Notes under the pieces: generated by a model
Database searches by the model: none
Told to the model about the DNA's origin: nothing
The model's input: the letters and a program-made list of their open reading frames with translations, nothing else
Translations under genes and position numbers: made by a program
Shown: one piece after another, positions 32,175 to 42,710 of the stretch
How positions within the stretch are numbered: position 1 is the first letter of the stretch
Layout: every line of letters begins with the position of its first letter
DNA from: Spirochaetota bacterium
GTDB lineage: Bacteria; Spirochaetota; UBA4802; UBA5550
Length of the DNA stretch: 64,000 bases
Assembly (NCBI GenBank): GCA_963663865.1
Contig: OY760686.1
Location: 2,944,001-3,008,000, forward strand
Reading direction: 5' to 3'

Positions 32175-32196
32175 CACATGAACGAATGTTCATGTG
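32175..32196. promoter_or_regulatory. CzrA/SmtB-type operator
   Basis: Perfect inverted repeat CACATGAAC-GAAT-GTTCATGTG next to the SD of the ArsR/SmtB gene. Confidence 0.85.
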
Positions 32197-32383
32197 TTCA
32201 TGCGTGCTTTCTCAGTCAACCTTTTTCTCCTTGACATGTACTTTTTTGGGGTCTCCGATACTCCCGGTCAGCTTTGTCTGGTGAAGTTCAGCCCTTTGCC
32301 CTGGAAAACACCGCTCCTCATCCAAAATACAGAACCGTCAGGGTACATGAACAAAGCTTATAATAACCGATTACGGACACAAA

Positions 32384-32989
32384 ATGGATTCAAAAACTGA
32401 ACTGCTTACACAACTTTCCGACGAAGTCGCCGGCTGCCGCAAATGCGGGCTCTGCGTCACTCGCAACAAGACTGTCTTCGGTGAAGGTAGTCCCGATTCT
32501 GAAATAATGTTTATTGGAGAGGGCCCGGGCCGTCAGGAAGACCTCACTGGAAGGCCCTTCGTTGGAAGAGCAGGTGAACTGCTGACGCGAATAATAGAGA
32601 ACGGCATCGGCGTCCCCCGCTCCGATGTGTACATCGCTAACATCGTGAAATGCAGACCGACAGTCGACGGCCTTATGGAAAGAGACAGGCCCCCGGCGCC
32701 GGATGAGGTGAAGATGTGCTCTCCATATCTTCTGAGGCAAATTGAAATAATCAGGCCGAAAGTCATCATCACCCTGGGCAACCCGTCAACCCGCTTCATA
32801 CTTCAGACAGCTGAAGGCATTACTAAAACCAGGGGGCATTTTGGAGAATTCATGGGCATCCCCGTTATGCCGACTTTTCATCCAAGTTACGTTATCAGAA
32901 ACGGCGGCGACAAAAGCCCCCTTCGAAGACATGTCTGGGAGGATATAAAGCAGGTCCTCAAACTGCTTGGGCGTGAAGCTGCCGAATAA
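32384..32989 (+). CDS. uracil-DNA glycosylase family 4
   Basis: CRKC, GEGPG, PFVGRAG, KCRP, TFHPS. Confidence 0.95.
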   Translation: MDSKTELLTQLSDEVAGCRKCGLCVTRNKTVFGEGSPDSEIMFIGEGPGRQEDLTGRPFVGRAGELLTRIIENGIGVPRSDVYIANIVKCRPTVDGLMERDRPPAPDEVKMCSPYLLRQIEIIRPKVIITLGNPSTRFILQTAEGITKTRGHFGEFMGIPVMPTFHPSYVIRNGGDKSPLRRHVWEDIKQVLKLLGREAAE

Positions 32990-33028
32990 AGCGGCAAGCA
33001 GCCTTTAACTGAGGCACTATCCCCCCGC

Positions 33029-33235
33029 CTATTTCTTCAGAGTGTCAAACTTGAGAGGCACGTACAGGGGACAGAGCCCCGTCAGCCCGGTTAACAGAAA
33101 TACCGCTCCAACTATAAGCATGACAACGGCCACTCCTCCCGTCACCATATTGGTAAGATAAAAAGCTCCGGCAATAAATGCCAGAAGCACCCTCAGCACT
33201 CTGTCGATGAGTCCCATGTTTCTTTTCAGTTTCAT
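33029..33235 (-). CDS. DUF2892 (YgaP-like) small membrane protein
   Basis: NMGLIDRVLR...CPLY; GAGGAG SD. Confidence 0.88.
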   Translation of the reverse strand: MKLKRNMGLIDRVLRVLLAFIAGAFYLTNMVTGGVAVVMLIVGAVFLLTGLTGLCPLYVPLKFDTLKK

Positions 33236-33582
33236 GTTAATCTCCTCTTGTTTTATGCATAAACGCTGGCAGGGGATATACGGCAGCCCCACAAAATATA
33301 CCTTCAAATAGATCATACAGCAGAAAAAAAGGGCACAATAAAAATTGTACTTGATAACCCGCCCGTTAACGGGCAATTACAACCACCGGGACACTCTTCA
33401 TTTGAAGAAAAATTGAACCATGTGGCTGTCACGATATAGGGACCAAGTCAGAGTCTATCAGACTTTTTCAGAAAGTTCAACTGATATTTCTTCTGCTTTT
33501 CGTATTATTCAGGCCGCTCCGAACCAGTCAGGGTAGATCCCTGGCCGGAAAGGATCGGCCATTACAACAACGAGCTGACAAT

Positions 33583-34497
33583 ATGATAAAAAAATTAGCA
33601 GGCCAGATCAAAGGGACATTCTCATTGTTCTTTCTAAGCGTTAACACCGCCGCCGTATTCGGTCCGGTTCTCGTACTCTCTTTTTTTAAAATCGTTTTAA
33701 GGTTCAGGACAGCCCAGACTGCGATCAGCATCATGCTCAATTCCGTGGCATCAGGCTGGGTAGTCATAAACAACCGGGCAATTTCACTCATATATGACAT
33801 CAAATGGTCAGTGCACATCGACGGGGAGCTTTCCCTTCAAAGGTCCTATCTTGTCATCAGCAATCATCAAAGCTGGATTGACATTATGGTTCTACAGCAT
33901 ATATTCAACGGACGTATTCCGTTTCTGAGATTTTTCCTGAAGCAGCAGCTTATATGGATTCCCCTGCTTGGAATCTCATGGTGGGCGCTTGACTTTCCTT
34001 TCATGAAAAGGTATTCTCAGTCAGTACTGCAAAAGAAGCCGCACCTGAAAGGCCGCGATCTTGAAACTACCAGGAAGGCCTGCGCCAGATTCAAACGATT
34101 TCCGGCATCTATAATGAACTTTCTTGAAGGAACGCGTTACACTCCCCAGCGAAAGGCCGCTTCAAAATCGCCTTACACTAATCTTCTCAGGCCAAGAGCC
34201 GGAGGAGCTGCCTTTACCCTCTCCGCCATGCGCGAATCGATAAACGACATAATTGATGTGACTATCCACTATCCGCAGGGGATTATATCGATGTGGGATT
34301 TCCTGTGTGGCAAACTCGACAGGGTTATTGTCTGCGCCCGAATAATTCCAATTGATCCTTCAACAAAAAATGGAGACTATCTCAACGACCTCGAATTCAG
34401 AAAGAGGTTTACCGACTGGATCAACTTAATCTGGGAAGAAAAAGACAGGCTTCTCAGCCGTCTGCAAAACGGGGAGGAAGCTGCGTGCGGGGAATGA
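33583..34497 (+). CDS. PlsC-family acyltransferase (YihG-like)
   Basis: NHQSWIDI, FFLKQQL, WALDFPFMKR, FLEGTR. Confidence 0.92.
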   Translation: MIKKLAGQIKGTFSLFFLSVNTAAVFGPVLVLSFFKIVLRFRTAQTAISIMLNSVASGWVVINNRAISLIYDIKWSVHIDGELSLQRSYLVISNHQSWIDIMVLQHIFNGRIPFLRFFLKQQLIWIPLLGISWWALDFPFMKRYSQSVLQKKPHLKGRDLETTRKACARFKRFPASIMNFLEGTRYTPQRKAASKSPYTNLLRPRAGGAAFTLSAMRESINDIIDVTIHYPQGIISMWDFLCGKLDRVIVCARIIPIDPSTKNGDYLNDLEFRKRFTDWINLIWEEKDRLLSRLQNGEEAACGE

Positions 34498-35681
34498 AGT
34501 TTGCAGTTTTCATATTACTTGCTATCGCCACCATCGCGCCCCGATACATCCTTGCAACACCCGTTACCGCAGTGGTCACTAACAGCTACGATGGAATAGA
34601 AAAGCAGCTCAAGGAGTATGCCATTGATTTCGATCTCATCAGTATCGATGAGCTTGAAAAAAAGGATTCTCTGAAACCCTATAGAGCGGTTTTTTTCCCA
34701 TGCGGAATGCAGATCCCGCTTCACAGCCGCATACAGCTGCTGTCGCAGAGGCAGACAATTCTGTCTGTTGAGATCAAGGAGGATATCAACGAGGAGAATA
34801 AGGCAGCTATAGCGGAAAACATCCGGGGCTTTATCGAAAACGGCGGGTCAGCCTACTTTTCCGATTTTGCGTTCAGCTACCTGCAGGAATCATTCGCTCC
34901 CTTTGAATTCCACGGCGGATTCGCCTGGGTGGGCATGCCCTGCAGGGTCGATGCGGCTCTTCATGGTGACCTCGCCTGTTTCATGTCAACCGCCAGCACA
35001 CAGATAGCATTCCATCACTCAGGTTGGGCCGCTCCCAAAAAAATAAACAATGCTTCGATTCTATGTTCTGGTCTATACGCCAGCGCATTGGGTCAGCTTG
35101 AGGGCCCCCTTACAGCAGAGCTGTACCGTGGCAGTGGGCGAGTAATATTCACAAGCTTTCACAGCAGCTGCAATGCTGAGCTGAAGCGCTTCTTTGTCTT
35201 CCGGACTGTTTACAGCCGCCTTCTTGATGCAATTGCCGAAAGGCCGCGCAAATGGGAACAGCGCATTAACGGAACGGTTGTGGACGCTCTCCAGCCCTGG
35301 GAAAACTCAAGGACTTACCGGCTGCCAGTCAGAAAGGGTCGCAACACGATATACGCTGAAACCGGCGGATTCCCGATACAGCTCGACATACTCGACATGA
35401 ATATGATGCCGATAATCTCTGAAGATATTTACTCCGGGACAAAGTCGCTTGATCTCGACTCTTCCGGGGACACATTTTGTCATGTAAGAATTATACCATC
35501 CGCGGGCGAACGGCGCGTGCCATATACCCTCGCATCCGCAACGGGCAGAAGGCTCCTCCCGAGAGTAACCATGATAATACTGGTCTCGTCGGCGGGAGCT
35601 CTTATCCTTATGGGAATCGGGCTGGCCGCGTTGAAAGAAAAAAAGAAATTCGGGCGTCTTGGAAGAAGAGACTACTTCTGA
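34485..35681 (+). CDS. membrane-anchored exported protein with class I GATase-like domain
   Basis: Signal peptide, FFPCG, FIENGGSAYFSD, GRVIFTSFH, C-terminal TM plus basic tail. Confidence 0.6.
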   Translation: MRGMKFAVFILLAIATIAPRYILATPVTAVVTNSYDGIEKQLKEYAIDFDLISIDELEKKDSLKPYRAVFFPCGMQIPLHSRIQLLSQRQTILSVEIKEDINEENKAAIAENIRGFIENGGSAYFSDFAFSYLQESFAPFEFHGGFAWVGMPCRVDAALHGDLACFMSTASTQIAFHHSGWAAPKKINNASILCSGLYASALGQLEGPLTAELYRGSGRVIFTSFHSSCNAELKRFFVFRTVYSRLLDAIAERPRKWEQRINGTVVDALQPWENSRTYRLPVRKGRNTIYAETGGFPIQLDILDMNMMPIISEDIYSGTKSLDLDSSGDTFCHVRIIPSAGERRVPYTLASATGRRLLPRVTMIILVSSAGALILMGIGLAALKEKKKFGRLGRRDYF

Positions 35682-36229
35682 CCCCGGAAAAGTCTGGCAA
35701 CTTCACAGAATTCAGTATAAAACTCCTGAAGCTGGTCCTTTTCCCGAAGCTTCCTGAACTCAGGCACCTCGCCCTGCTTGATCTGATCCATATACCGGCT
35801 TATTACAAATAGGGGGCCGGCAATACGATGTGTAATTCTTACAAGAAAGAAGTATATTACCACGGACTGGACAAGCACCACCAGAATAATAAGCGAGATG
35901 AGTCTGTAATTCTGGTCATTGAATGAGTTCATTATATCTGTATTCTTTTTCAGAACAGCTGTCGTCATATTCCTGCTTTTTTTGATCCTGTCAACGAGCC
36001 TGTCCGGGTCTTTACGGTCTTTAGCTAACGAATCCAGAAGAAGATCGTTGGATGCCGCTGCTTCCCTGTACTCTTCAATGGCGGCGGATATCTTTTTTGT
36101 ATTAAAAGCCGCCGTCATCCCTGTATATGCCACTATCACAAAAAAAGAAATCATGGTAATGCTGATGATGGCTATAGCTGTCTTAAGCTGAAAACCTCTG
36201 TCTACATAACTCTTCCTGCGCTGAAACAT
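35672..36229 (-). CDS. two-TM membrane protein with HAMP-like C-terminus
   Basis: RR...FQLK, two TMs, THRIAGPL...LREKDQL. Confidence 0.75.
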   Translation of the reverse strand: MFQRRKSYVDRGFQLKTAIAIISITMISFFVIVAYTGMTAAFNTKKISAAIEEYREAAASNDLLLDSLAKDRKDPDRLVDRIKKSRNMTTAVLKKNTDIMNSFNDQNYRLISLIILVVLVQSVVIYFFLVRITHRIAGPLFVISRYMDQIKQGEVPEFRKLREKDQLQEFYTEFCEVARLFRGQK

Positions 36230-36526
36230 GGCTGCCTCCTGAACGGCTACTCATACACCTGGATACTCCTGAAGTCAAGGAGTTTGCATCGGGATTATAT
36301 GCCCCCGTAATTTTTTTTAAGAAAAGTTGTTGCATAGATTAAGGCGCGGAAACCACTATTCGCATTCAGGATCAGCTTATCCTGCTGTCCGTCAGCCCGG
36401 AGGAATCTGAATCGGCGGAACTGTTTCCGCTATCGGCTGCGTTAGTGCAAGGGCTTGCGCATTAAGAAACAGAAACAATGCCGGGATTCCCTCTTTTACA
36501 GCATATTTAAAATTCCTGGGAGTTAT

Positions 36527-37297
36527 ATGATGGGGAAAATTATCTCTGTATCAAATCAAAAGGGAGGTGTGGGGAAAACCACTACCACAGTCAACCTTGC
36601 TGCCTATCTTGCTGAAAAGGGCAAAAAGGTCCTAATAATTGACTTTGATCCTCAGGGCAACGCTGGATTTGGCATAGGTGTAAACGCGGAAGAAATTGAT
36701 ACGACTATTTATGAAGTCCTGATTGGGGAAATACCCGTTGAAAACGCCGTTTTCCAGACAGAGGTTGAAGGCCTGTACCTTATTCCTTCTAACATACACC
36801 TTTCAGGAGCCCAGGTTGACCTGCTCGACAGCGACGGCAGCGAATTTATACTGAAAAAAGCACTCTCCGAACTCAGGGAATCATTTCACTACATCCTTGT
36901 GGACTGTCCCCCGTCTCTCGGCCTGCTTACTCTGAACAGCCTTGTAGCAGCGGACAGCGTTATGATTCCGCTTCAATGCGAATACTACGCTCTTGAGGGC
37001 CTCAGCCAGCTTCTCAGGATTATATCAATGGTACAGGAAAAGCTGAATCCTTCACTTGAGGTCGAGGGTGTTGTCCTGACCATGTACGACTCAAGGACTA
37101 ACCTCGCTAATCAGGTTGTAAATGATGTGAGGGAGTACTTCAAGGACAAGGTCTACAACACAATAATCCCTCGCAATGTCCGCCTTTCGGAAGCCCCATC
37201 ATTCGGCAAACCGATAAGCCTTTACGACAGATCCAGCGCGGGAAGCATTACTTATGAAAAACTGGCAGAAGAGGTCATAAATAAAAATGAACGGTAG
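36527..37297 (+). CDS. parA: ParA/Soj ATPase
   Basis: [43 protein letters not shown]. Confidence 0.97.
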   Translation: MMGKIISVSNQKGGVGKTTTTVNLAAYLAEKGKKVLIIDFDPQGNAGFGIGVNAEEIDTTIYEVLIGEIPVENAVFQTEVEGLYLIPSNIHLSGAQVDLLDSDGSEFILKKALSELRESFHYILVDCPPSLGLLTLNSLVAADSVMIPLQCEYYALEGLSQLLRIISMVQEKLNPSLEVEGVVLTMYDSRTNLANQVVNDVREYFKDKVYNTIIPRNVRLSEAPSFGKPISLYDRSSAGSITYEKLAEEVINKNER

Positions 37298-38186
37298 CGG
37301 CAAGAAAAAACTCGGCAAAGGGCTCGGCGCAATAATATCCACAAATCCGGCACCTGCCGCAAATTTTGAAAAATCCGTGGTGAACGACTCAAGCCGCATC
37401 GTCGACCTTCCAATCGACAGGATAACGGCAAATCCCGGACAACCCAGAATCCATTTTGACGACAGGGCCCTCAGAGGCCTTGCTGATTCAATAAGCTCGG
37501 TCGGCCTTATTGAGCCTATAATTGTAAGGAAAACCGAAAAAGGCTACTTTGTCGTCGCCGGAGAGCGCCGCCTCAGGGCGGTAAAACTCCTGAAGCAGCC
37601 AACAATAAAGGCTGTTGTCATAGAGGCAGATGAAGAAAAAAACTACACAATCGCCCTGATCGAAAATATTCAGCGCGAAGACCTCGACCCGATCGAAGAG
37701 GCAAAGGCCTACCAGGTTCTTATTGACAAATTCAAGCTGAAACAGGCGGATCTCGCAAAAAAAGTAGGCAAAGAAAGAGCAACAATAACAAACTCTCTCA
37801 GGCTTCTCAATCTTCCTGAAGAAATACAGCACAGCCTCTCCGAAGGGCAGCTGAGCCCCGGACACGCAAAAGTACTGCTCTCGGCCCCTGAAAATAAGCA
37901 GCTGGAACTGTACGCCCAGATACTCGAAGAAGGCCTTTCTGTAAGGGCCCTGGAGATGATATTAAAGGGTGAGCGCAAACCCCGATCAGAAGATGGAGAG
38001 GAAACCGCAAAAGGCACAGGATCACCGAGGGTCAAGGATGCCCAGGTAAAAAAAATGGAAGACAGACTGAGACAGCTCCTGGGTACTAAGATCGAAATAA
38101 AACATTCCGGGAACCGCGGTAAAATTGAAATAAGCTACTATTCTCTTGATGACTTTGAAAGAATCGTTGAGATGTTCAATCGCTGA
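37287..38186 (+). CDS. parB: ParB/Spo0J partition protein
   Basis: [27 protein letters not shown]. Confidence 0.97.
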   Translation: MNGSGKKKLGKGLGAIISTNPAPAANFEKSVVNDSSRIVDLPIDRITANPGQPRIHFDDRALRGLADSISSVGLIEPIIVRKTEKGYFVVAGERRLRAVKLLKQPTIKAVVIEADEEKNYTIALIENIQREDLDPIEEAKAYQVLIDKFKLKQADLAKKVGKERATITNSLRLLNLPEEIQHSLSEGQLSPGHAKVLLSAPENKQLELYAQILEEGLSVRALEMILKGERKPRSEDGEETAKGTGSPRVKDAQVKKMEDRLRQLLGTKIEIKHSGNRGKIEISYYSLDDFERIVEMFNR

Positions 38187-38678
38187 TCAGTCTTTCTGAA
38201 GAATAATCTTCTCTACTGAATCCTTATCCGTGTCAAGAAGTGCCACGGTGAACTCTTCAGCGCCATACAGGGCCCCCGGGTTTATTACGTGGGTACCGTC
38301 CAGAAAGTAGTCCTCAAAGATATGAGTATGCCCCTTAATGATGTAGTCATACTTTGCGGAGGCAATCGCATGCCGGAACGCCGGAACATTGTTTCCGTGA
38401 AACATCTGAAAAACACGCTCGCCAGCCGTAAAAACGCAGGTCTTGCCCACCGGCCCGAAGCCCAGCCTTTCGCTTTCGGAATTGATGACATCCTCGTCAA
38501 GATCGCCGTTGCCAAGCACGAGCCTGACCTCAAGGCCTTCAAATAAAGTCAGCATTCTTGGCGACGTAAGATCGCCGGCGTGCAGAACCATGCTGACATC
38601 GCGCTCTCTGAAAACATCGAGGGCCTTTCGAGTCATCTCCACATCATTATGAGTATCTGACATTAGACCTATAAGCAT
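38187..38678 (-). CDS. YfcE-family metallophosphoesterase
   Basis: SDTH, HAGD, GNGD, HG, GHTH, NPG. Confidence 0.93.
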   Translation of the reverse strand: MLIGLMSDTHNDVEMTRKALDVFRERDVSMVLHAGDLTSPRMLTLFEGLEVRLVLGNGDLDEDVINSESERLGFGPVGKTCVFTAGERVFQMFHGNNVPAFRHAIASAKYDYIIKGHTHIFEDYFLDGTHVINPGALYGAEEFTVALLDTDKDSVEKIILQKD

Positions 38679-40612
38679 CAGCCCAGGCGCGCCCCCACGG
38701 GTATAGAGTCATCAACTATAATCAGAGCAGGAACGTCCTTTTTGTCCTTCTTGGCAGCCAAAAGCATCCCCTCTGACCTTTTCTTGAATATTACCGCGGG
38801 TTTAAGGTTGGATACAAGCAATATTTTCTTTCCCGTAATATCCCCGGGAGAATATGCCATACCGATACCCGCTACTATGGTTCGCGACCCGTAGCCGTTG
38901 TCAACCTCGAGCTCAAGAAGCTTATCGGACCCTTCGACTTTTTCGGCTTTCAGCACCTTTGCTACACGAAGATCTACTTTAAGAAAATCCGCTATATCAA
39001 TCTGAGGGTTTTTATCATCCCCTTTCTTGTTGTCTTTTTCACCTGTTTTTTCATTGCTCTTAACCGGCTCTTCCTGCTTCTGCTTCTCGAGCCGCGGAAA
39101 CAGAACGCCCATCTCCCCGAGTGCTGTTCCGTTTGTAAGTGCGTTCAGAGAAGGCAGCGATTCCAAATCGGCACGCTTACCATCCATCCCCAGAGCCTTC
39201 ATGATTTCGGGGGCCGTATTAACAAGCGCCGGTTCAAGCAGAACCGAAATCCCGTATATAGCTTCGAGCAGATTTCTCATTACAGATGACAGCTGCTCAC
39301 GCTTGCCTTCCTTATCGAGCTGCCATGGCTTATGCTCATCAATGTATCGGTTCAGCCCGCGAATAAAGTCCCAAAGCTTCTCAATACCCGTACTGGTCTG
39401 AAAGCTTCCGCAACTGGATATATAGTCGCTCATAGCCTTGCTGAATAACGCGGAAAGCTCTTTCCTCCCGGCTGGACTGCCCTCGTCGAAGGCGGGCACC
39501 TCACCGGCGAAGAATTTCTCGACCATGTTAAAGGTCCTCTTCACGAGATTGCCCAAATCGTTGGCAAGATCATAGTTGATCCGGTCAATTATAACGTCCT
39601 CGCTGAAACGGGCGTCATTTCCGAACACCATCTCCCTCAGCAGAAAATATCGTATCTGGTCATTGCCAAATTTCCCAATCAGGTTTTCAGGAGTCACAAC
39701 ATTGCCCAGGCTCTTCGACATCTTCGAATCTTCCATGTTCCAATAGCCGTGTACATTCAAATGACTGTACGGCTCAATTCCCGCCGCCTTGAGCATTGTC
39801 GGCCAGAATACCCCATGAGGCTTCAGAATATCCTTCGCGATGATATGGTTCACAGAAGGCCAGTACTTCTTAAAGCTGTCACCGTCGGGATAGTCGATAC
39901 CGCTGAGATAATTAATCAGCGCATCAAACCAGACATAGGTCACATAGTTTTCGTCGAAAGGAAGCGGTATGCCCCAGGTTAGTCTTGTTTTAGGGCGGGA
40001 TATGCACAGATCCTCAAGGCTGTCTCCTTTTAACATGGAAACGACCTCGTTTCTGTAGCGCTCGGGGCGAATAAATTCCGGATTCTTTTCGATGTACTCA
40101 AGAAGCCAGTCCTGGTACTTGCTCATCCTGAAAAAGTAGTTTTTTTCCTCAATGAACTGGGGCTTTCTGTTGTGCTCCGGGCACTTTCCGTCAACAAGTT
40201 CCTTCTCAGTAAGAAACCTCTCACAGCCTACACAGTAAAGGCCGCCGTATGATCCATAGTATATATCTCCGGAATCATACACTTTCTGAAGTATGCCCTG
40301 CACCGTCCTTATGTGATGTTCATCCGTTGTCCTGATGAACCTGTCATACCTTATTCCGATAGCATCCCATGCCTGCCTGAACTTCCCGCTTATTGAGTCG
40401 GCGTATTCAGCCGGGGTCACGCCTCTCTGCCGGGCTGCCTCGAAAATTTTGTCACCGTGCTCGTCCGTTCCTGTAAGAAAAAAAGTATCATTCCCGGTCA
40501 TGGCATAAAAGCGGGCCATGAAATCCGCGAGAATGGTAGAATATGCGTGCCCGATATGAGGTTCAGCATTAACATAGTAAATCGGTGTAGTAACGTAAAA
40601 TGTCCTGTCCAT
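38678..40612 (-). CDS. metG: methionine--tRNA ligase with C-terminal tRNA-binding domain
   Basis: HIGH, YVWFDAL, KMSKS, OB domain NLKPA..SEGM. Confidence 0.98.
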   Translation of the reverse strand: MDRTFYVTTPIYYVNAEPHIGHAYSTILADFMARFYAMTGNDTFFLTGTDEHGDKIFEAARQRGVTPAEYADSISGKFRQAWDAIGIRYDRFIRTTDEHHIRTVQGILQKVYDSGDIYYGSYGGLYCVGCERFLTEKELVDGKCPEHNRKPQFIEEKNYFFRMSKYQDWLLEYIEKNPEFIRPERYRNEVVSMLKGDSLEDLCISRPKTRLTWGIPLPFDENYVTYVWFDALINYLSGIDYPDGDSFKKYWPSVNHIIAKDILKPHGVFWPTMLKAAGIEPYSHLNVHGYWNMEDSKMSKSLGNVVTPENLIGKFGNDQIRYFLLREMVFGNDARFSEDVIIDRINYDLANDLGNLVKRTFNMVEKFFAGEVPAFDEGSPAGRKELSALFSKAMSDYISSCGSFQTSTGIEKLWDFIRGLNRYIDEHKPWQLDKEGKREQLSSVMRNLLEAIYGISVLLEPALVNTAPEIMKALGMDGKRADLESLPSLNALTNGTALGEMGVLFPRLEKQKQEEPVKSNEKTGEKDNKKGDDKNPQIDIADFLKVDLRVAKVLKAEKVEGSDKLLELEVDNGYGSRTIVAGIGMAYSPGDITGKKILLVSNLKPAVIFKKRSEGMLLAAKKDKKDVPALIIVDDSIPVGARLG

Positions 40613-40639
40613 ATATTCCCCTGTCTATTCGGCGCTGTA

Positions 40640-41545
40640 TTACATCTTTCTGATTGGCCCGGATTCACCGAATTCATAATAATCGTCTTCTTCTGTCTCT
40701 TCCTCGTGTGCTCTGAGCCGTTCAAGGACTTCCGGCCTGATAGAGAATCCTCCCCCGCCTTTCACAATGTCATCACGGCCAATCAGTATAAACCGGTTAT
40801 TGTCTTTTATTTTCAGCGTCTGCTTGAGCACATCGGTTGAAATAACATAGTATACTTCTTCGCCGCATCGGATTGCGGTTCCTGATGGAGGCATTTCCTG
40901 ATTGAGTTCGCGATATGTTTCATACTCATACCCCAGGCAGCAGAGAAGCCTTCCGCACATCCCGGATATCTTCAGCGAATTGAGGTTCAAGTTCTGCTCC
41001 TTGGCCATCTTTATGGAAACCGGAGCGAACTCATCTCTCTGATTGACACAGCAAAGCTCCCTGCCGCAGGGCCCGTAACCGCCCACAATCCTGGCCTGGT
41101 CTCTCACCCCGATCTGCCTCATCTCAATCCTTGTACGGAATACTCCGGCAAGCTCACGTACAAGCTCGCGGAAATCTATCCTGCTCTCAGAAACGAAGTA
41201 GAATATTATTTTTGTTCTGTCGAAAAGGCTCCTTACGGCAACAAGCTTCATGCCGAGGTTTTTAGCCGCGGCCCTGTCTCTGCACTCCGCGAAGGCCTTC
41301 TCCTCAAGCTCCTCAATCTGCCGCAGAGACTGCTCATCCTCGGGGTTCACAAGCCTGAGGACTTTTCCTGAAGACGGCGCCTCTGGATCGTCCTTAAACT
41401 TCCCCGGCTTCATAACTCTCGCGATATCTATTCCCTGCTCAGTCTCCACGATAACGGAGTCTTTGCACTTAAGTTCAATTCCATTTCTGTCTGCATGACA
41501 CAGCTGGAAGCTGTTCCTGAGCCGTAAAGCGGCTGTTTCCATCAT
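40640..41545 (-). CDS. ricT: PSP1/RicT (YaaT) family protein
   Basis: RIDFRELV, GPCGRELCC, SGMCGRLLCCL. Confidence 0.92.
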   Translation of the reverse strand: MMETAALRLRNSFQLCHADRNGIELKCKDSVIVETEQGIDIARVMKPGKFKDDPEAPSSGKVLRLVNPEDEQSLRQIEELEEKAFAECRDRAAAKNLGMKLVAVRSLFDRTKIIFYFVSESRIDFRELVRELAGVFRTRIEMRQIGVRDQARIVGGYGPCGRELCCVNQRDEFAPVSIKMAKEQNLNLNSLKISGMCGRLLCCLGYEYETYRELNQEMPPSGTAIRCGEEVYYVISTDVLKQTLKIKDNNRFILIGRDDIVKGGGGFSIRPEVLERLRAHEEETEEDDYYEFGESGPIRKM

Positions 41546-41690
41546 AATAACCCGGATAATATTTTTACGCGTTTCCGCGGAAAGCCGATATTCATCAGGC
41601 CGGCAATCTGTTCGTATTATATCATTATCATGAGAGTGGACTTTTTAATCAACTATCTTTTTACTGCGGTTAAGGGACAGACGGGAGCTT

Positions 41691-42704
41691 TCAGAGCAAC
41701 AAATCCGCTTTTTCCCCTATAGAGCCGGGACCCGGAAAGCCGAATTCGGAAAGGGTGTCAATTGAATAGAGCATTGCTTTTAGCGTATTGCTGGTGTTCA
41801 TATTGTAAATCATTCCTCTTCTAAGTGAGATCAAAATCTTGATAACTTTCCTGATCTCTGCTGAAGGCGGCAGCTTCAAATTACCGAATGAAGGATGTAT
41901 GGGCTCTCCTGAAACAGAGGCATTAAGCAAAAGACGGAATATATTTGTCAATATCGAGATGAAATTTTCCTGACCCGTTTTTTTAACAACGTCATCGGCT
42001 TCGATATGCAAAAACCCTCTTGTTTCGAGATAGTTGCAAATTGAGTGCGTTATTTTTATCGATTTCTTCAGAACATCCGGATCGGCCAATAAAGCCGCAT
42101 ACTCGAAAGATCCGCCGGAAAGGGCGGCAACAAGCTCCATCTCACCGGTAGCATCAGTCCCCTTAAAAAAAGAAGCAATATCATCTTCAGGAAGCCCGTA
42201 GAAGGTAATCTCGGTGCATCGGGAAAGTATCGTCGGGAGAATCAAAGATCTGTTTGTAGCGATCATAATAATATATGCGTTCTCAGGAGGCTCTTCAATT
42301 GTCTTGAGAAGTACGTTCTGCCCGGTTGCCGGGATGTTTTCAAGCCCATTGACAATAACGCCGTACATCCCGGAAAAGGACTTCCTGGAGAGCCTTTCGA
42401 TTAGCCATCTCACCGTATTCGGCTCATCCCCCTTCCCGACAGGGATAACGCCCTTTTCATTTGGTTCAAGCCGTATCACATCAGGATGAAACCCCTTTTC
42501 AACAGCAGTACACTCCCGGCATTCAAGGCAAGCCTCCCCGCCTTCCTGACAGAAAATTCCCTGTAGTATCCTGAGGGCAATCCTGTTCTTGCCAATGCCC
42601 GGCATCCCGGTAAAAAGAAGCGCCTGAGGAAATCTGCCTGCTCCCATCATCATCTTAATCTTTAAAAGCTGGCCGGTATGTCCTATTATTCCCGCGGTAT
42701 TCAC
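41691..42704 (-). CDS. holB: DNA polymerase III delta' subunit
   Basis: GIGK, Cys4 zinc site, HPD, LLKTIEEPP, TILSRC. Confidence 0.9.
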   Translation of the reverse strand: MNTAGIIGHTGQLLKIKMMMGAGRFPQALLFTGMPGIGKNRIALRILQGIFCQEGGEACLECRECTAVEKGFHPDVIRLEPNEKGVIPVGKGDEPNTVRWLIERLSRKSFSGMYGVIVNGLENIPATGQNVLLKTIEEPPENAYIIMIATNRSLILPTILSRCTEITFYGLPEDDIASFFKGTDATGEMELVAALSGGSFEYAALLADPDVLKKSIKITHSICNYLETRGFLHIEADDVVKKTGQENFISILTNIFRLLLNASVSGEPIHPSFGNLKLPPSAEIRKVIKILISLRRGMIYNMNTSNTLKAMLYSIDTLSEFGFPGPGSIGEKADLLL

Positions 42705-42710
42705 ATTACC

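Noticed and set aside
36385-36413. Fragments resembling the c-di-AMP or ykkC riboswitch (TCCGTCAGC, GGAGGAA, CTGAATC)
   Set aside because: Motifs are in the wrong order and other conserved elements are missing
38390-38404. parS-like TGTTTC-CGTGAAACA about 200 bp downstream of parB
   Set aside because: One base short of the 16-bp parS palindrome, and explained by codons for M-F-H-G-N, which include the phosphoesterase's conserved HG
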